Positions 10,319-21,101 are shown, numbered from the stretch's first letter. The stretch is DNA of 64,000 nt from Sphingobacterium sp. (GCA_031277685.1 JAITLV010000065.1:49417-113416); one strand, 5' to 3'. Notes: a model not told the origin generated them from the letters alone. Made by a program: numbers and translations.

Positions 10319-10648
10319 ATGAACTGGATCATTTTAATTATTGCCGGATTGTTTGAGGTAGGATACACTTATAGTCTGGGAAAAGCAAAAGAAACATCAG
10401 GTGATAGCGTTTATACCTGGTATGGTATTTTTGTTCTATGTCTTATCATCAGCATGGTGTTATTGATCAAATCCGTGCAGGGTCTTCCTTTGGGTACCGC
10501 CTATGCAATATGGACAGGTATCGGAGCTGTCGGAACAGTCATAATTGGTATCGTTATATTTAAAGATCCTGTTAGTTTTTGGCGCTTGTTTTTTATTGCA
10601 ACGCTAATCGGATCCATTCTTGGGTTGAAGGTGGTAACAGGCCATTAA
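10319..10648 (+). CDS. SMR/DMT transporter (SugE/Gdx-like)
   Basis: WIILIIAGLFEV, LPLGTAYAIWTGIG. Confidence 0.92.
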   Translation: MNWIILIIAGLFEVGYTYSLGKAKETSGDSVYTWYGIFVLCLIISMVLLIKSVQGLPLGTAYAIWTGIGAVGTVIIGIVIFKDPVSFWRLFFIATLIGSILGLKVVTGH

Positions 10649-10691
10649 TCCCGCAACATTCTTAATTGTTATCCGACGGTCTATACAACCA

Positions 10692-11414
10692 CTATACATT
10701 AAGATCGCCCATTGCTGGCATATTAATCTCTTTCACGCAAGTTGCTTTTGATGTAGCGATGATAAATTTTAACGCATGAATAACGTCCGATAATGGAATA
10801 AGCTCGCTATTTGCTTCCTGAACCATAACTTCTGAATTGTTTTCATCCTTAGACGATGTAGCGAGATACCCAAGATTCAATATAGATACGGCAATCTGCT
10901 CAGGACGAAGCTGCTCTCTTAAGGCGTGGACAACGCCCCGCAACGCAAATTTAGTTGCAGAAAAGGCAACCTCTCGCCCATTATGATTGTCAAGTCCCCA
11001 AGTTGAACCAATCAGCATAATCTTGGCATTATCGGACTGTTTTAAATTCTCCAATGCGGATTGGATATTTAAAATGCATGACGTAATATTGGTATTGATC
11101 AGATTGCTGATCTCCGCCACCGAAGATGTTTCGAAATTATAATCATCAGTAAACGCATTCTCTTCCCAAATACCAACGTTATAGATAAAATAGTCGATTT
11201 TTTTGTCTTTTATCCTGTCCTTGATTGCATTGACAGCGTCAACTGGATTGGATAAATCAGCAGGTATCCAATTTATATTCCCATTATTTTCTAAATAATC
11301 AGGCCTGCTTCGTGAAACCCCAAATACAATATCGGTATGCTCGGGAAGATGCATGGCAATAGCTTTTCCCAATCCTCTACTGATGCCAAAAATAAGATAT
11401 GTCTTCTGTTCCAT
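10692..11414 (-). CDS. SDR family oxidoreductase
   Basis: GISRGLG Rossmann motif; FSATK in place of YxxxK. Confidence 0.85.
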   Translation of the reverse strand: MEQKTYLIFGISRGLGKAIAMHLPEHTDIVFGVSRSRPDYLENNGNINWIPADLSNPVDAVNAIKDRIKDKKIDYFIYNVGIWEENAFTDDYNFETSSVAEISNLINTNITSCILNIQSALENLKQSDNAKIMLIGSTWGLDNHNGREVAFSATKFALRGVVHALREQLRPEQIAVSILNLGYLATSSKDENNSEVMVQEANSELIPLSDVIHALKFIIATSKATCVKEINMPAMGDLNV

Positions 11415-11539
11415 GTCTTACAAAGATAAGACTTGTACCTACTTTATTCCGATCATATAAACGTAATTTTGAATTACTCCTGCTCGTATAAAATCCGTAA
11501 ATAATTAAAAACACAACAATTTGATAATTTCAGTGTTCT

Positions 11540-11833
11540 ATGCATATGGAAAGACACTATAGTAAAGGAAATACGATTTCCAGTGGTCATAGTATCCGCA
11601 AAGGTAAAAATGCGAGAAAATATGTTGTTAGTGAAATTATTCTCGATGGTAGTCTTGTCGGCGTCGGTATTTACTACGATGGTACCGATGAACTTCGGGC
11701 AGCTGTTGTTGTCAATGACCAAAATCAAGGTGTGGAAATTCGTAATTTACATGATGAGCATTATCCCGAAGCACAGTCAGATGATGATTTAGCGGAACTT
11801 TGGCCCCTCTATGAAAAATTAGTAATTAAATAA
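11540..11833 (+). CDS. Hypothetical protein
   Basis: 97-aa ORF with protein-like composition; no recognised motif. Confidence 0.5.
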   Translation: MHMERHYSKGNTISSGHSIRKGKNARKYVVSEIILDGSLVGVGIYYDGTDELRAAVVVNDQNQGVEIRNLHDEHYPEAQSDDDLAELWPLYEKLVIK

Positions 11834-12064
11834 AATCGCAATCTTACCTCCGATCAAGCAATTAATGATATTTATAATCTGTTCTTTTTTATGGACAAAA
11901 CTAAATAAACAGATTTAAATATACTTATTATCCATATAATTACAAGGTATAGCTATATATCTACATACAAATACCCATCATAAAGTTAGCTTTTCAGTAC
12001 ATCGTCCGTGTTTTTAGGCTTATTGATCTCTTCTTCGAGCATGCGTCAGGACAGATTATGGCCT

Positions 12065-12228
12065 TATTCGCCTCTCAGTCGAGGTAAGTCAACAGTGAGT
12101 AGTAGTTCATACCACCATGACACCGAGTCTGACTCGGACTCACCACGGACTCACCTCGCACTCATGCCGGACACAGTGAGAAGCAAGTACGAAGCAGTCT
12201 GCATCCTGTTTAGACTGAGTGGTGAATA
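12065..12228. repeat. Inverted-repeat-bounded element with internal 11-bp periodic repeats
   Basis: TATTCGCCTCTCAGTC / GACTGAGTGGTGAATA (14/16 IR); CCGAGTCTGACTCGG palindrome; ACTCGGACTCA-CCACGGACTCA-CCTCGCACTCA-TGCCGGACACA. Confidence 0.6.
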
Positions 12229-12291
12229 CTGACCGAAGAGAAACTGGATAACCAAAGCATTTCCATGGCAAAATTTGGCGCCGAGAATTTA

Positions 12292-12552
12292 TCAAAAATC
12301 CCGCACAACGTTTAGCCCAAACCTATTATGGCCTACTATATATGGCATAAAAGCTGTTCGACTTTTTTGCTGCCTGCTATTACCAAATATCCTTGTCATT
12401 TTTGGATATAGCCAATAAACAAGCTCAGTAGAAACAATACCGATTCCAGCTCCGGCGACAATATCACTCACCCAATGTCTATTGTTAATCACCCTATAGA
12501 TACCGGTAAACACTGCAAAAGGATAACCGGACAGGCTCAGCCATACATTTTT
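12292..12552 (-). pseudogene. PAP2 phosphatase 3' remnant
   Basis: KNVWLSLSGYPFAVFTGIYRVINNRHWVSDIVAGAGIG retained; N-terminal half including PSGH motif absent, in-frame stop upstream. Confidence 0.75.
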
Positions 12553-12625
12553 GCCAATTAGACAATAGAAGACCTACCCTGCCAGTATGTAAAACTAGCG
12601 GGTAAGTTCATCTCAAAAAAATCAT

Positions 12626-14656
12626 TTAGAACTTCATCTTCTGAATCCGGATCGCATTCAAGATGGCAATGAGTGAGACACCGACATCCGCAAATACCGC
12701 CTCCCACATGGTTGCAAGTCCACCAGCACCGAGGATCAGCACAATGCCTTTGACCACAAATGCTAGTCCTATATTTTGGTAAACAACTTTTTTTGTCTGT
12801 TTACCAATGTGAATAGCCATCGGTATCTTTGACGGTTTATCATCCTGGATCACCACGTCTGCAGTTTCAATGGTCGCATCACTTCCAAGTCCGCCCATCG
12901 CTATACCAACATCACTCAATGCGACCACTGGAGCATCATTGACACCATCACCAACAAAAGCTACACTTTCATTTAACGACTTTATCTCCTTCACTTTATT
13001 AACTTTATCTTCAGGAAGAAGATCACCAAAAGCATTATCAATACCTAGTTCTTTTGCAACATAAGCGACTACTGTACTCTTGTCACCGCTTAGCATTGTC
13101 GCTTTCACACCGAGTTTGTGTAAAAACTGGATCGTTTGTGCAGCATCCTCTTTAATACTATCTGCAATGGTTATAAAGCCTACAAAGCGATTATCCAATG
13201 CGATCGCTATGGTCGTGTAGACAATACCATTGGGGTTGATGTCATAGTCAATATTAAATTTGTCCAGAAGTTTAAAATTACCAACCAAAAGTACTTTGCC
13301 ATCCACATTTCCTTTCAGTCCATGACCAGGTATCTCTTCAACCTCCGTCAAGTTAACGGTGTCATCCAGTTCGCCAGCATACTCTCTAATTGCTGTCGCA
13401 ACAGGATGGCTACTATGGCTCTCTATTTTGTTAACCAATTTAAGTATAGCCGGTTCATCAAAGTCCGGTTCAAGACGAACCTCCTGCACTTTGAAAACCC
13501 CAGCCGTCATCGTACCCGTTTTATCCATGACAACATGCTGTATAGCGGCCATAGCATCTAAAAAATTGCTTCCTTTAAATAGAATACCATTTCTGCTCGC
13601 TGCACCGATACCACCAAAATACCCCAAAGGGATAGAGATCACCAGTGCACAAGGGCAGGAAATGACAAGAAAGACAAGTGCACGGTAAAGCCAGTCACTA
13701 AATTGGTACTGCGCAACAAAAAAGTACGGCAAAAGACAGATAGCGATTGCCAAAAGCACAACTATAGGCGTATAAATTTTCGCAAACTTCCGAATAAAGA
13801 GTTCTGTGGGTGCCTTTTGGGAGGTAGCATTCTGAACAAGCTCAAGAATTTTGCTCAATTTACTATCCTTGTATGCTGTCGTTACTTTAACCAAGCTCAC
13901 TGTATTCATGTTGATCATCCCGGCCAGTACAGTTTCACCCCTATTTTTTGTATCGGGTTTACTTTCGCCTGTTAAAGCCGCTGTATTGAACGAAGCTGTC
14001 TCCGAAATCAGTTCCCCGTCCAAACCCAGTTTTTCTCCAGGCTTTAACTGTATGATATCTCCAATTGCGGCCATCTCGGCTTTGATCACCCTACTGTTGT
14101 TTGCTTCCACAATCGTCACCTCGTCTGGACGTTGATCCAAAAGCGCTTTGATATTGCTCTTGGCACGACTGACGGCCAAGGTCTGAAAAACCTCACCTAC
14201 AGCATAAAAAAGCATCACAGCAACACCTTCGGGATATTCTTTGATTGCAAAAGCCCCAATAGTAGCAATACTCATCAGTAGAAATTCGGAAAAGACTTCT
14301 CCCTTCCCGATGCTCTGCAATGCATCTTTAATGACTGGAAACCCAACTGGAATATAAGCCCCTATATACCAAATTATCCGAATCCAATCTTTGAACCAGC
14401 TCTGGGGCACCCAGTTATCCATTGCAATCGCTGCTATCAACAGCACAAATGAAATTATTGCGGGTAGAAAAAGCTGTAATTTGCTTCCTTCTACTGTCGC
14501 GTGATCATGTCCATCATCTTCATCGTGTCCATGACTATGATCATGTGCAGGCGCCTCCTGTATGAGTCGCTGCGCGCCTGCTTGAGTATATACTTTCTCT
14601 GTCTGTGTACAACAAAGTTGCTTACCTTGTGCATCATAAATATGTTTGTGTTCCAT
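12626..14656 (-). CDS. Heavy-metal (Zn/Cd/Pb) P1B-type ATPase
   Basis: LTGES, SCPC, DKTGT, HP, GDGVNDAP; His-rich N-terminus. Confidence 0.95.
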   Translation of the reverse strand: MEHKHIYDAQGKQLCCTQTEKVYTQAGAQRLIQEAPAHDHSHGHDEDDGHDHATVEGSKLQLFLPAIISFVLLIAAIAMDNWVPQSWFKDWIRIIWYIGAYIPVGFPVIKDALQSIGKGEVFSEFLLMSIATIGAFAIKEYPEGVAVMLFYAVGEVFQTLAVSRAKSNIKALLDQRPDEVTIVEANNSRVIKAEMAAIGDIIQLKPGEKLGLDGELISETASFNTAALTGESKPDTKNRGETVLAGMINMNTVSLVKVTTAYKDSKLSKILELVQNATSQKAPTELFIRKFAKIYTPIVVLLAIAICLLPYFFVAQYQFSDWLYRALVFLVISCPCALVISIPLGYFGGIGAASRNGILFKGSNFLDAMAAIQHVVMDKTGTMTAGVFKVQEVRLEPDFDEPAILKLVNKIESHSSHPVATAIREYAGELDDTVNLTEVEEIPGHGLKGNVDGKVLLVGNFKLLDKFNIDYDINPNGIVYTTIAIALDNRFVGFITIADSIKEDAAQTIQFLHKLGVKATMLSGDKSTVVAYVAKELGIDNAFGDLLPEDKVNKVKEIKSLNESVAFVGDGVNDAPVVALSDVGIAMGGLGSDATIETADVVIQDDKPSKIPMAIHIGKQTKKVVYQNIGLAFVVKGIVLILGAGGLATMWEAVFADVGVSLIAILNAIRIQKMKF

Positions 14657-14693
14657 AACTTATCCTGATTACTTCGTTAACAAATACGAATAG

Positions 14694-16010
14694 TTAATGT
14701 TCATGCCCACCAGTATTGCTCATCTTCGCATTGATAAAAAATGCGCCTTTAACAACGATCCTGGTCTGGGCAGGAATTTCCTGAACTGGTGTAATAGCCG
14801 TATATCCCATTGCTGAGACACCTTTCTGAATTTCAATTTTCTCAAAATTTATATTCTTGCCTTGTTCCACAGCATGCTTAGCGGCTTCCTGTTCATTTTT
14901 ATGCTCATGCTTAGCCTCACCTTCATCATGGGCATGACCATGATCATCATGTCCTTCTTCATGCTCTTCGACTTGCTTGCTGGTCTCTACAAAGATGTAA
15001 AACTTGCCGTCCGCCTCTACAATTGCATCATTCGGAACAGCGGGAGTTGTCACATTGTTGATCCCGATCATCCCCGTGATGTTCATCCCGTCTATCAGAC
15101 CTACTTTACTGCCAATCACCGTACTATGTACAGCAATTGTTTTGCTGTCATTTTCAAAAGAGGATCCGATGGTAAACACTTTAGCTGCATAGGTTTTATC
15201 CGGATTATTTGTCAGCTGAAAATTAATAATCTGGCCAACTTTTATCAGCGGAAGATCCTTCTCAAAGACCTGAAGATCAAGATGCAGCAGACTATTGTCC
15301 ACAATCTCTATGACGGGAGATGATACATCTACATAACTGCCTATTTTTGCAAAAACGTTACTCACCGTACCATTTATCGGACTTGTAACGACCAATGAAG
15401 CTCGTAAATTGGACAGATTGACACTACTGGGATTGATACCCATTAGTTGAATCTGTTGTTGCAGCGATGCTTTTCGAGCGCGGAGGCTATTAAACTCTGC
15501 GGTCGCTGATTGCAGATTCTTTCTTGCTCCAGCATTACCCTCATTAAGTTCTTGTTGTCTCGCCATTTCTTGCTCTGCAAGCGTAATTTTGCTCGCTAAT
15601 GCCACATATTCCTCTTGAAGCTGAATAAATTGTGGATTTGTAATGGTCGCGATAACCTGACCTTTTCGTACATGGTCACCCAATTGCACATTTAAAGTCT
15701 TAATTACACCACCATACAAGGTTGTCGCATTCGCTTTATTGTTATTGGGCACACTAAGTAAGCCATTGGCCTTGATCGTCGCTGTCAATTCCTTTTCTTC
15801 TATACTTCCAAAAGCAATACCTACTGCTTTTATTTGCTGTTCGCTCAGTGCAGCAACGGTTACTAGGCCTTCCTCATGTCCTTCTTCTGTGGCTTCCTTT
15901 CCCTCCTCTATGCCGTTCGTCTTTTCTCCGCCCGCAGAAGAGGATGACCCACAGCTATATAAAACCGTTGTAATCGCTAGTGCAAAAAATATTTTTATGA
16001 TAACTTTCAT
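14694..16010 (-). CDS. RND efflux periplasmic adaptor, CzcB-like lipoprotein
   Basis: Lipobox LYSC, SPING barrel-sandwich motif, His-rich insert; ATG 16010 directly after czcA stop. Confidence 0.92.
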   Translation of the reverse strand: MKVIIKIFFALAITTVLYSCGSSSSAGGEKTNGIEEGKEATEEGHEEGLVTVAALSEQQIKAVGIAFGSIEEKELTATIKANGLLSVPNNNKANATTLYGGVIKTLNVQLGDHVRKGQVIATITNPQFIQLQEEYVALASKITLAEQEMARQQELNEGNAGARKNLQSATAEFNSLRARKASLQQQIQLMGINPSSVNLSNLRASLVVTSPINGTVSNVFAKIGSYVDVSSPVIEIVDNSLLHLDLQVFEKDLPLIKVGQIINFQLTNNPDKTYAAKVFTIGSSFENDSKTIAVHSTVIGSKVGLIDGMNITGMIGINNVTTPAVPNDAIVEADGKFYIFVETSKQVEEHEEGHDDHGHAHDEGEAKHEHKNEQEAAKHAVEQGKNINFEKIEIQKGVSAMGYTAITPVQEIPAQTRIVVKGAFFINAKMSNTGGHEH

Positions 16011-16017
16011 TGTTGAC

Positions 16018-19000
16018 TTATTTATTGTTGAAGTAATTGAATTGGATTGCCGATTGATTATATTGATTGAGCACATCTAAGTAATTTTGCCTGATACCGA
16101 TGGCTTGACTTAAGAATTGGCTCATCTCTGCAAAGCTTATTTCACCAGTTCTATAACCAAGGCTTGCCGCTTTGATGATGGCATCAGCTTGTGTAAGACC
16201 CGATGATTCGTAAAACTGCAATAATGCCCCATTTTTCTCAATATCAGCCAATGCATTCACTTTATTGGTCTGGAAGACTTGTGTATCGTATTCGAGTTGT
16301 CTCTGCTGTGCTTCCATCTCTGCATTGGCCGCTTTTACCTTACTCTTATAGGCTCCAAGCCCAAATACAGGAAATGATGCTGATACGGAGAAACCTGTAA
16401 ACGGATCCTTTGCTCCCCATAGTCGCTGGGAGAAAAATCTACCTGAAAATTCAGGTTTATTTGTGTTTTTCTGTACAGCAATATTAGCGGAGGCAATATT
16501 GACATTTTGTTGTTGCAAAGCCAAAACAGGATGTGATTCATCTGCGGGCGGATTTTGTACATCCATTTCCATTTTGATCTTTTCCAGTGATTGGTCTACA
16601 GGTAGTATCCATTCATTCCGATTGAGCAACATCATCAATTGCTGTTGCTGAATCAACATATCCTTCTTATTTTGAGCCAACTGCGCCTGCAACTCACGTA
16701 ATTTCGCTTCAGCCGCAATTTTATCCAATGCGGCAACATCACCGGTTTTAAATCGTAATTCTGTTGCCTTAAACATGGCTGAGTAGATACTGTCGAGCTC
16801 CACATAAAGCTTTTGTCTATCCTGAAGATACCAAAGCTGATAATAAGCTGTACGTACATCCTTTTTAATCGTTGCGTTGAGCAAGTCCGTATTTAGATTC
16901 GCATATTTTAGCTGCTGTTTAAAATACTCTTTACGTGCCGAATAAAGCCCTGGCCAGGCAATGCTCTGCGTTATACCAATTTTCATGATACCGGTCTTAT
17001 CGCTAGGCCGATAATCTTCATTCTCAACAAAAACACCTGTTTTCGGGATTTCATTGGCGGTCTTTACATTATAATTTGCCCCAGTTATTTCAGCCTCATT
17101 GACCTGAAATTGACGATTGTTTTTCAGCGCTGTACTGATCGCGTTGTCAACTCCGATCCGTTCTTGTGAAAAAGCCTTAAACCCGGTGGCAGAAAATAGG
17201 AAAATCAATACCGTCGCGATAGTTTTGCCCGTGTTTCCTTTTCTCATATTTCGTTTTGAATTAAAAATAATATACAGCAATGGCAGTACAAACAACGTTA
17301 AGAAAGTCGCTGTAATCAGTCCTCCGATCACGACTGTCGCTAGCGGTTTTTGGACTTCCGCTCCAGCACTTGTACTGATCGCCATCGGCAGAAAACCCAA
17401 TGATGCTACAGTAGCGGTCATCAACACAGGGCGCAACCGTGTCAGTGTCCCCTCCTTTACACGTTGGAAAATATCATCCATACCATCCTTCTTCAACTGG
17501 TTGAACGTACCAATCAGTACAATACCATTCAGTACAGCCACACCAAACAATGCAATGAAACCAATCCCAGCACTGATGCTGAAAGGCATACCCCGCAGCA
17601 TTAACGCAATGACACCACCGATCGCACTCATCGGAATAGCGGTAAAGATCAATGTTGCTTGTTTAAAAGAATGGAAAGTAAAATACAGTAACATAAAGAT
17701 CAGCAATAACGACACCGGTACTGCGATCATCAGACGTGCGCTGGCTTTCTGTAAGTTTTCAAACTGCCCACCATAGGTAAAGTAATAGCCTGCGGGCAAT
17801 TTAACCTTGGTCGACAATTGTTGCTGAATATCTTTGACGACACTCTCAACATCCCTTCCGGATACGTTAAAGCCGATGACGATACGCCGTTTTCCGGCCT
17901 CTCTACTGATCTGTGCTGGTCCAAGTTTGTAGTCGATTGCGGCAACTTGAGAAAGAGGTATCTGAACGCCAGTATCTGTTGGAATCATTAAATTGCGTAC
18001 ATCATCTATACTATTTCTATGGGTTGTATCCAGGCGAACAACGAGATCAAAGCGACGTTCGTTTTCATAGATCTGACCTGTACTTTTGCCTGCAAAAGCT
18101 GTACTCACCACATCATTTACATCTTGGATCGTCAAACCATAATTGGCAATGCGTGTACGGTCATAAACGATATTGATCTGCGGAAGCCCCGATACCCGTT
18201 CCACCTGTGGGGAAGTCGCTCCTTTGACAGACTGTATCTGTGCCGCTACAATATTGGCGTAGGCTGCCAGAGAGTCAATGTTCTCCCCAAAAATTTTCAC
18301 GGCCACATCCTGACGGATTCCGGTCATGAGCTCATTGAATCGCATCTGTATTGGTTGATTTTTTTCAAAGAAGACACCTGGTATAACCTCCAGTTTCTCC
18401 AAAATAGCCGCGCCGAGTTCATTATAACCTCGACCGGATTTCCACTCCTGCTGCGGCTTGAGTACCACCATCAAATCTGTTGCTTCTGGTGGCATCGGAT
18501 CTGTCGGTACCTCCGCTGCTCCCGTCTTGCCGACTACCATTTTTACCTCGTCAAATTCTCTAATAATACGCGAAGCTTGCATGGAAGTTTCTATACTTTG
18601 CGAAAGTGAGCTTCCTTGCGGTAAGATACAGTGGAAAGCATAGTCCCCTTCTTGCAGTTGGGGGATAAACTCCCCGCCCATATTTTTAAAAAAGAAAACC
18701 GATAAAGCAAAAAATGCCACGGTCAAACTAACGATTACATATTTAAAACGGATCGCTTTTTGCAATAACGGGGCATAGATACGTTGCAGCTTTTCAATAA
18801 AGCGATCACTGAATGTTTTCTTGTCATGGTGTTTTTTAGGCAAAAACAAGGCACACATCATAGGGATGTAAGTCAAGGAAAGGATCAATGCACCAAAGAT
18901 CGCAAAACCTACAGTCTGCGCCATAGGACGGAACATTTTTCCTTCTACACCCACTAGAGTTAATATTGGGATATAAACAATCAAGATAATAATCTCGCCA

Positions 19001-20349
19001 AAAGCGGCACTGGTCCGAATTTTTGACGCGGATTCAAATACTTCATGATCCATTTCTGACTGTGTCAGCTTTTCTGTTGATTTTCGCAAACCTAAATGGT
19101 GGAGTGTCGCTTCAACGATAATAACCGCACCATCGACAATGAGGCCAAAATCAATGGCGCCCAGACTCATTAAATTGGCGCTCACGCCAAAGACATTCAT
19201 CAGTCCCAGGGCAAAGAGCAGGGACAAAGGAATCGCCGAAGCAACGATAAGACCCGCACGAAGATTTCCCAAAAACAGCACCAACACAAATATGACGATT
19301 AGTGCCCCTTCGATCAGGTTCTTCTCAACAGTACCGATAGCACGACTAACGAGGTCTGTACGGTCAAGGTAGGGTTCAATCACCACATCACTGGGTAAAG
19401 ATTGTTGTATTGTTGGCAATTTTTCCTTTACCCGCTTGACAACCTCGTTGCTATTTTCCCCTTTCAACATCATCACCACACCGCCAACGGCGTCCACTTC
19501 ACCATTATAGGTAAGTGCACCATAACGGACGGCATGTCCGAACCGTACGTCAGCAACATCCTTAATATAGATTGGGACAGCACCTGACCTTTTAATGGCG
19601 ATATTTTTGACATCCTCCAGGGATGTTGCCAGTCCAATGCCCCGAATAAAATATGCATTAGGTTTCTTGTCGATATAAGCGCCGCCTGTATTCTGGTTAT
19701 TTTTCTCCAGCGCTGTAAATATCTCTGGAATAGTAATATTCATTGCTTTAAGGCGATTTGGATCAACAGCTACTTCATATTGTTTTAATTCACCACCAAA
19801 GCTATTGACTTCAGCGATACCAGGGGTTCCGTAAAGCTGACGAGCGACAATCCAGTCCTGCATAGTCCGAAGATCTTTTGCGTTGTACTTACTTTCGCTT
19901 CCTTTTTTGGGGTGAATGATATATTGGTAGACCTCCCCCAGACCTGTACTAACAGGGGCCAATTCGGGTTTGCCTATACCTTGGGGAATTTGGTCCACAG
20001 CTTCTTTTAGTCGCTCACTGATTAATTGTCGAGCGAAGTAAATGTCCACATCGTCTTCAAAAACGACAGTAATCACCGAGAGTCCAAAACGCGATATACT
20101 TCTGATTTCTTCGATCTTCGGTACCGTGGCTATGCTCTGTTCGATCGGAAAAGTGACCAACTGTTCTACTTCTTGACCCGCCAATGTCGGACAGGAAGTA
20201 AAAATCTGTACTTGATTATTGGTAATGTCAGGGACGGCGTCTATGGGCAGCTTTGTTGCGCTCCAACCGCCCCATATTATAAGTAACAAGGTCATTAAAG
20301 CTATAATGATCTTATTCCTGATGCTAAATTTAATTATACTATCTAACAC
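16018..20349 (-). CDS. CzcA/CusA heavy-metal RND transporter fused to a TolC-like domain
   Basis: IDAVPDITNNQVQ, GAIDFGLIVDG, RLRPVLMTA; about 400-aa C-terminal OEP-like extension. Confidence 0.95.
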   Translation of the reverse strand: MLDSIIKFSIRNKIIIALMTLLLIIWGGWSATKLPIDAVPDITNNQVQIFTSCPTLAGQEVEQLVTFPIEQSIATVPKIEEIRSISRFGLSVITVVFEDDVDIYFARQLISERLKEAVDQIPQGIGKPELAPVSTGLGEVYQYIIHPKKGSESKYNAKDLRTMQDWIVARQLYGTPGIAEVNSFGGELKQYEVAVDPNRLKAMNITIPEIFTALEKNNQNTGGAYIDKKPNAYFIRGIGLATSLEDVKNIAIKRSGAVPIYIKDVADVRFGHAVRYGALTYNGEVDAVGGVVMMLKGENSNEVVKRVKEKLPTIQQSLPSDVVIEPYLDRTDLVSRAIGTVEKNLIEGALIVIFVLVLFLGNLRAGLIVASAIPLSLLFALGLMNVFGVSANLMSLGAIDFGLIVDGAVIIVEATLHHLGLRKSTEKLTQSEMDHEVFESASKIRTSAAFGEIIILIVYIPILTLVGVEGKMFRPMAQTVGFAIFGALILSLTYIPMMCALFLPKKHHDKKTFSDRFIEKLQRIYAPLLQKAIRFKYVIVSLTVAFFALSVFFFKNMGGEFIPQLQEGDYAFHCILPQGSSLSQSIETSMQASRIIREFDEVKMVVGKTGAAEVPTDPMPPEATDLMVVLKPQQEWKSGRGYNELGAAILEKLEVIPGVFFEKNQPIQMRFNELMTGIRQDVAVKIFGENIDSLAAYANIVAAQIQSVKGATSPQVERVSGLPQINIVYDRTRIANYGLTIQDVNDVVSTAFAGKSTGQIYENERRFDLVVRLDTTHRNSIDDVRNLMIPTDTGVQIPLSQVAAIDYKLGPAQISREAGKRRIVIGFNVSGRDVESVVKDIQQQLSTKVKLPAGYYFTYGGQFENLQKASARLMIAVPVSLLLIFMLLYFTFHSFKQATLIFTAIPMSAIGGVIALMLRGMPFSISAGIGFIALFGVAVLNGIVLIGTFNQLKKDGMDDIFQRVKEGTLTRLRPVLMTATVASLGFLPMAISTSAGAEVQKPLATVVIGGLITATFLTLFVLPLLYIIFNSKRNMRKGNTGKTIATVLIFLFSATGFKAFSQERIGVDNAISTALKNNRQFQVNEAEITGANYNVKTANEIPKTGVFVENEDYRPSDKTGIMKIGITQSIAWPGLYSARKEYFKQQLKYANLNTDLLNATIKKDVRTAYYQLWYLQDRQKLYVELDSIYSAMFKATELRFKTGDVAALDKIAAEAKLRELQAQLAQNKKDMLIQQQQLMMLLNRNEWILPVDQSLEKIKMEMDVQNPPADESHPVLALQQQNVNIASANIAVQKNTNKPEFSGRFFSQRLWGAKDPFTGFSVSASFPVFGLGAYKSKVKAANAEMEAQQRQLEYDTQVFQTNKVNALADIEKNGALLQFYESSGLTQADAIIKAASLGYRTGEISFAEMSQFLSQAIGIRQNYLDVLNQYNQSAIQFNYFNNK

Positions 20350-20501
20350 AATGTACTTGATTAATGCTTAAATAATAGCTATTTAAATAGCTTAATTGTC
20401 TGTAGCAAACAATATACTACAGCTAAATTCCGAGGGCCAACACTTATTAGAAAATAAATATCCGCTAAAAATGTTCGCCTACGGCTACTAAAAAATTTAC
20501 A

Positions 20502-20831
20502 TTAAGCATCTACCTTGGGCGGCTGCCAGATAGTTCCGAAGTAGTTAGATAGAATAGGTGTATCAAGAACCGGCATACGATTGTCAAAATAAATTGAAAT
20601 CGGAATACCTTCAATCTTTGGTAACTGATATTCAAAGACAGTAACATTTCCGCTACAGCAGTTGCAATAACAGAAAATAGAACAAGAATCTGTGGTATCG
20701 TCACGATGATTATGCGGTTCGTTCAATTGCGTTTCCATAGCTGTCACCTCGCTGCGATTGTTCGCATCGCCGCATGGGACAAAGGAAAGCCCCAAAATAT
20801 AGGTGATCATTATGAAAACAATTAATCTCAT
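20502..20831 (-). CDS. DUF6660-like small exported Cys-rich protein
   Basis: Signal-like N-terminus ending PCGD; CSIFCYCNCC; C-terminal IWQPPK. Confidence 0.8.
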   Translation of the reverse strand: MRLIVFIMITYILGLSFVPCGDANNRSEVTAMETQLNEPHNHRDDTTDSCSIFCYCNCCSGNVTVFEYQLPKIEGIPISIYFDNRMPVLDTPILSNYFGTIWQPPKVDA

Positions 20832-21101
20832 CGTTATACAAATTTAGAAAAATATTTTAAAAATGAGTACTCTCACCAAATTTGGCATGCGCAAAATCTA
20901 TTCTAATCTATATAGATAACAGTATACGAAAACTGTGCCATAGTTGTTTTCCCTTGCCCACACCAGCCCTAAAATCCAATCCGTCACACCAAAACGATAT
21001 TTTTCCTTTTACGAAAATTATAACCCAATAAAACTATAAATAAAAAATTAAATAATTAACATTAAACAGCTTAAAACGAATATCTAAACACTATTGTTGA
21101 T

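Noticed and set aside
12008-12232. 74-aa ORF or CRISPR array
   Set aside because: The ORF overlays the repeat element; repeats are 11-bp, degenerate and lack unique spacers; no cas genes.
13136-19587. Plus-strand ORFs of 60-219 aa within the metal operon, and similar ORFs elsewhere
   Set aside because: Antisense or alternate-frame shadows of well-supported genes.
16018-20349. RND-TolC fusion as a novelty
   Set aside because: This architecture is common for CzcA/CusA proteins in Bacteroidota.
20926-20941. Sigma-54 promoter TGGCACAGTTTTCGT on the minus strand
   Set aside because: Poor -12 element, and a housekeeping-type TAAATTTG lies directly before the DUF6660 start.
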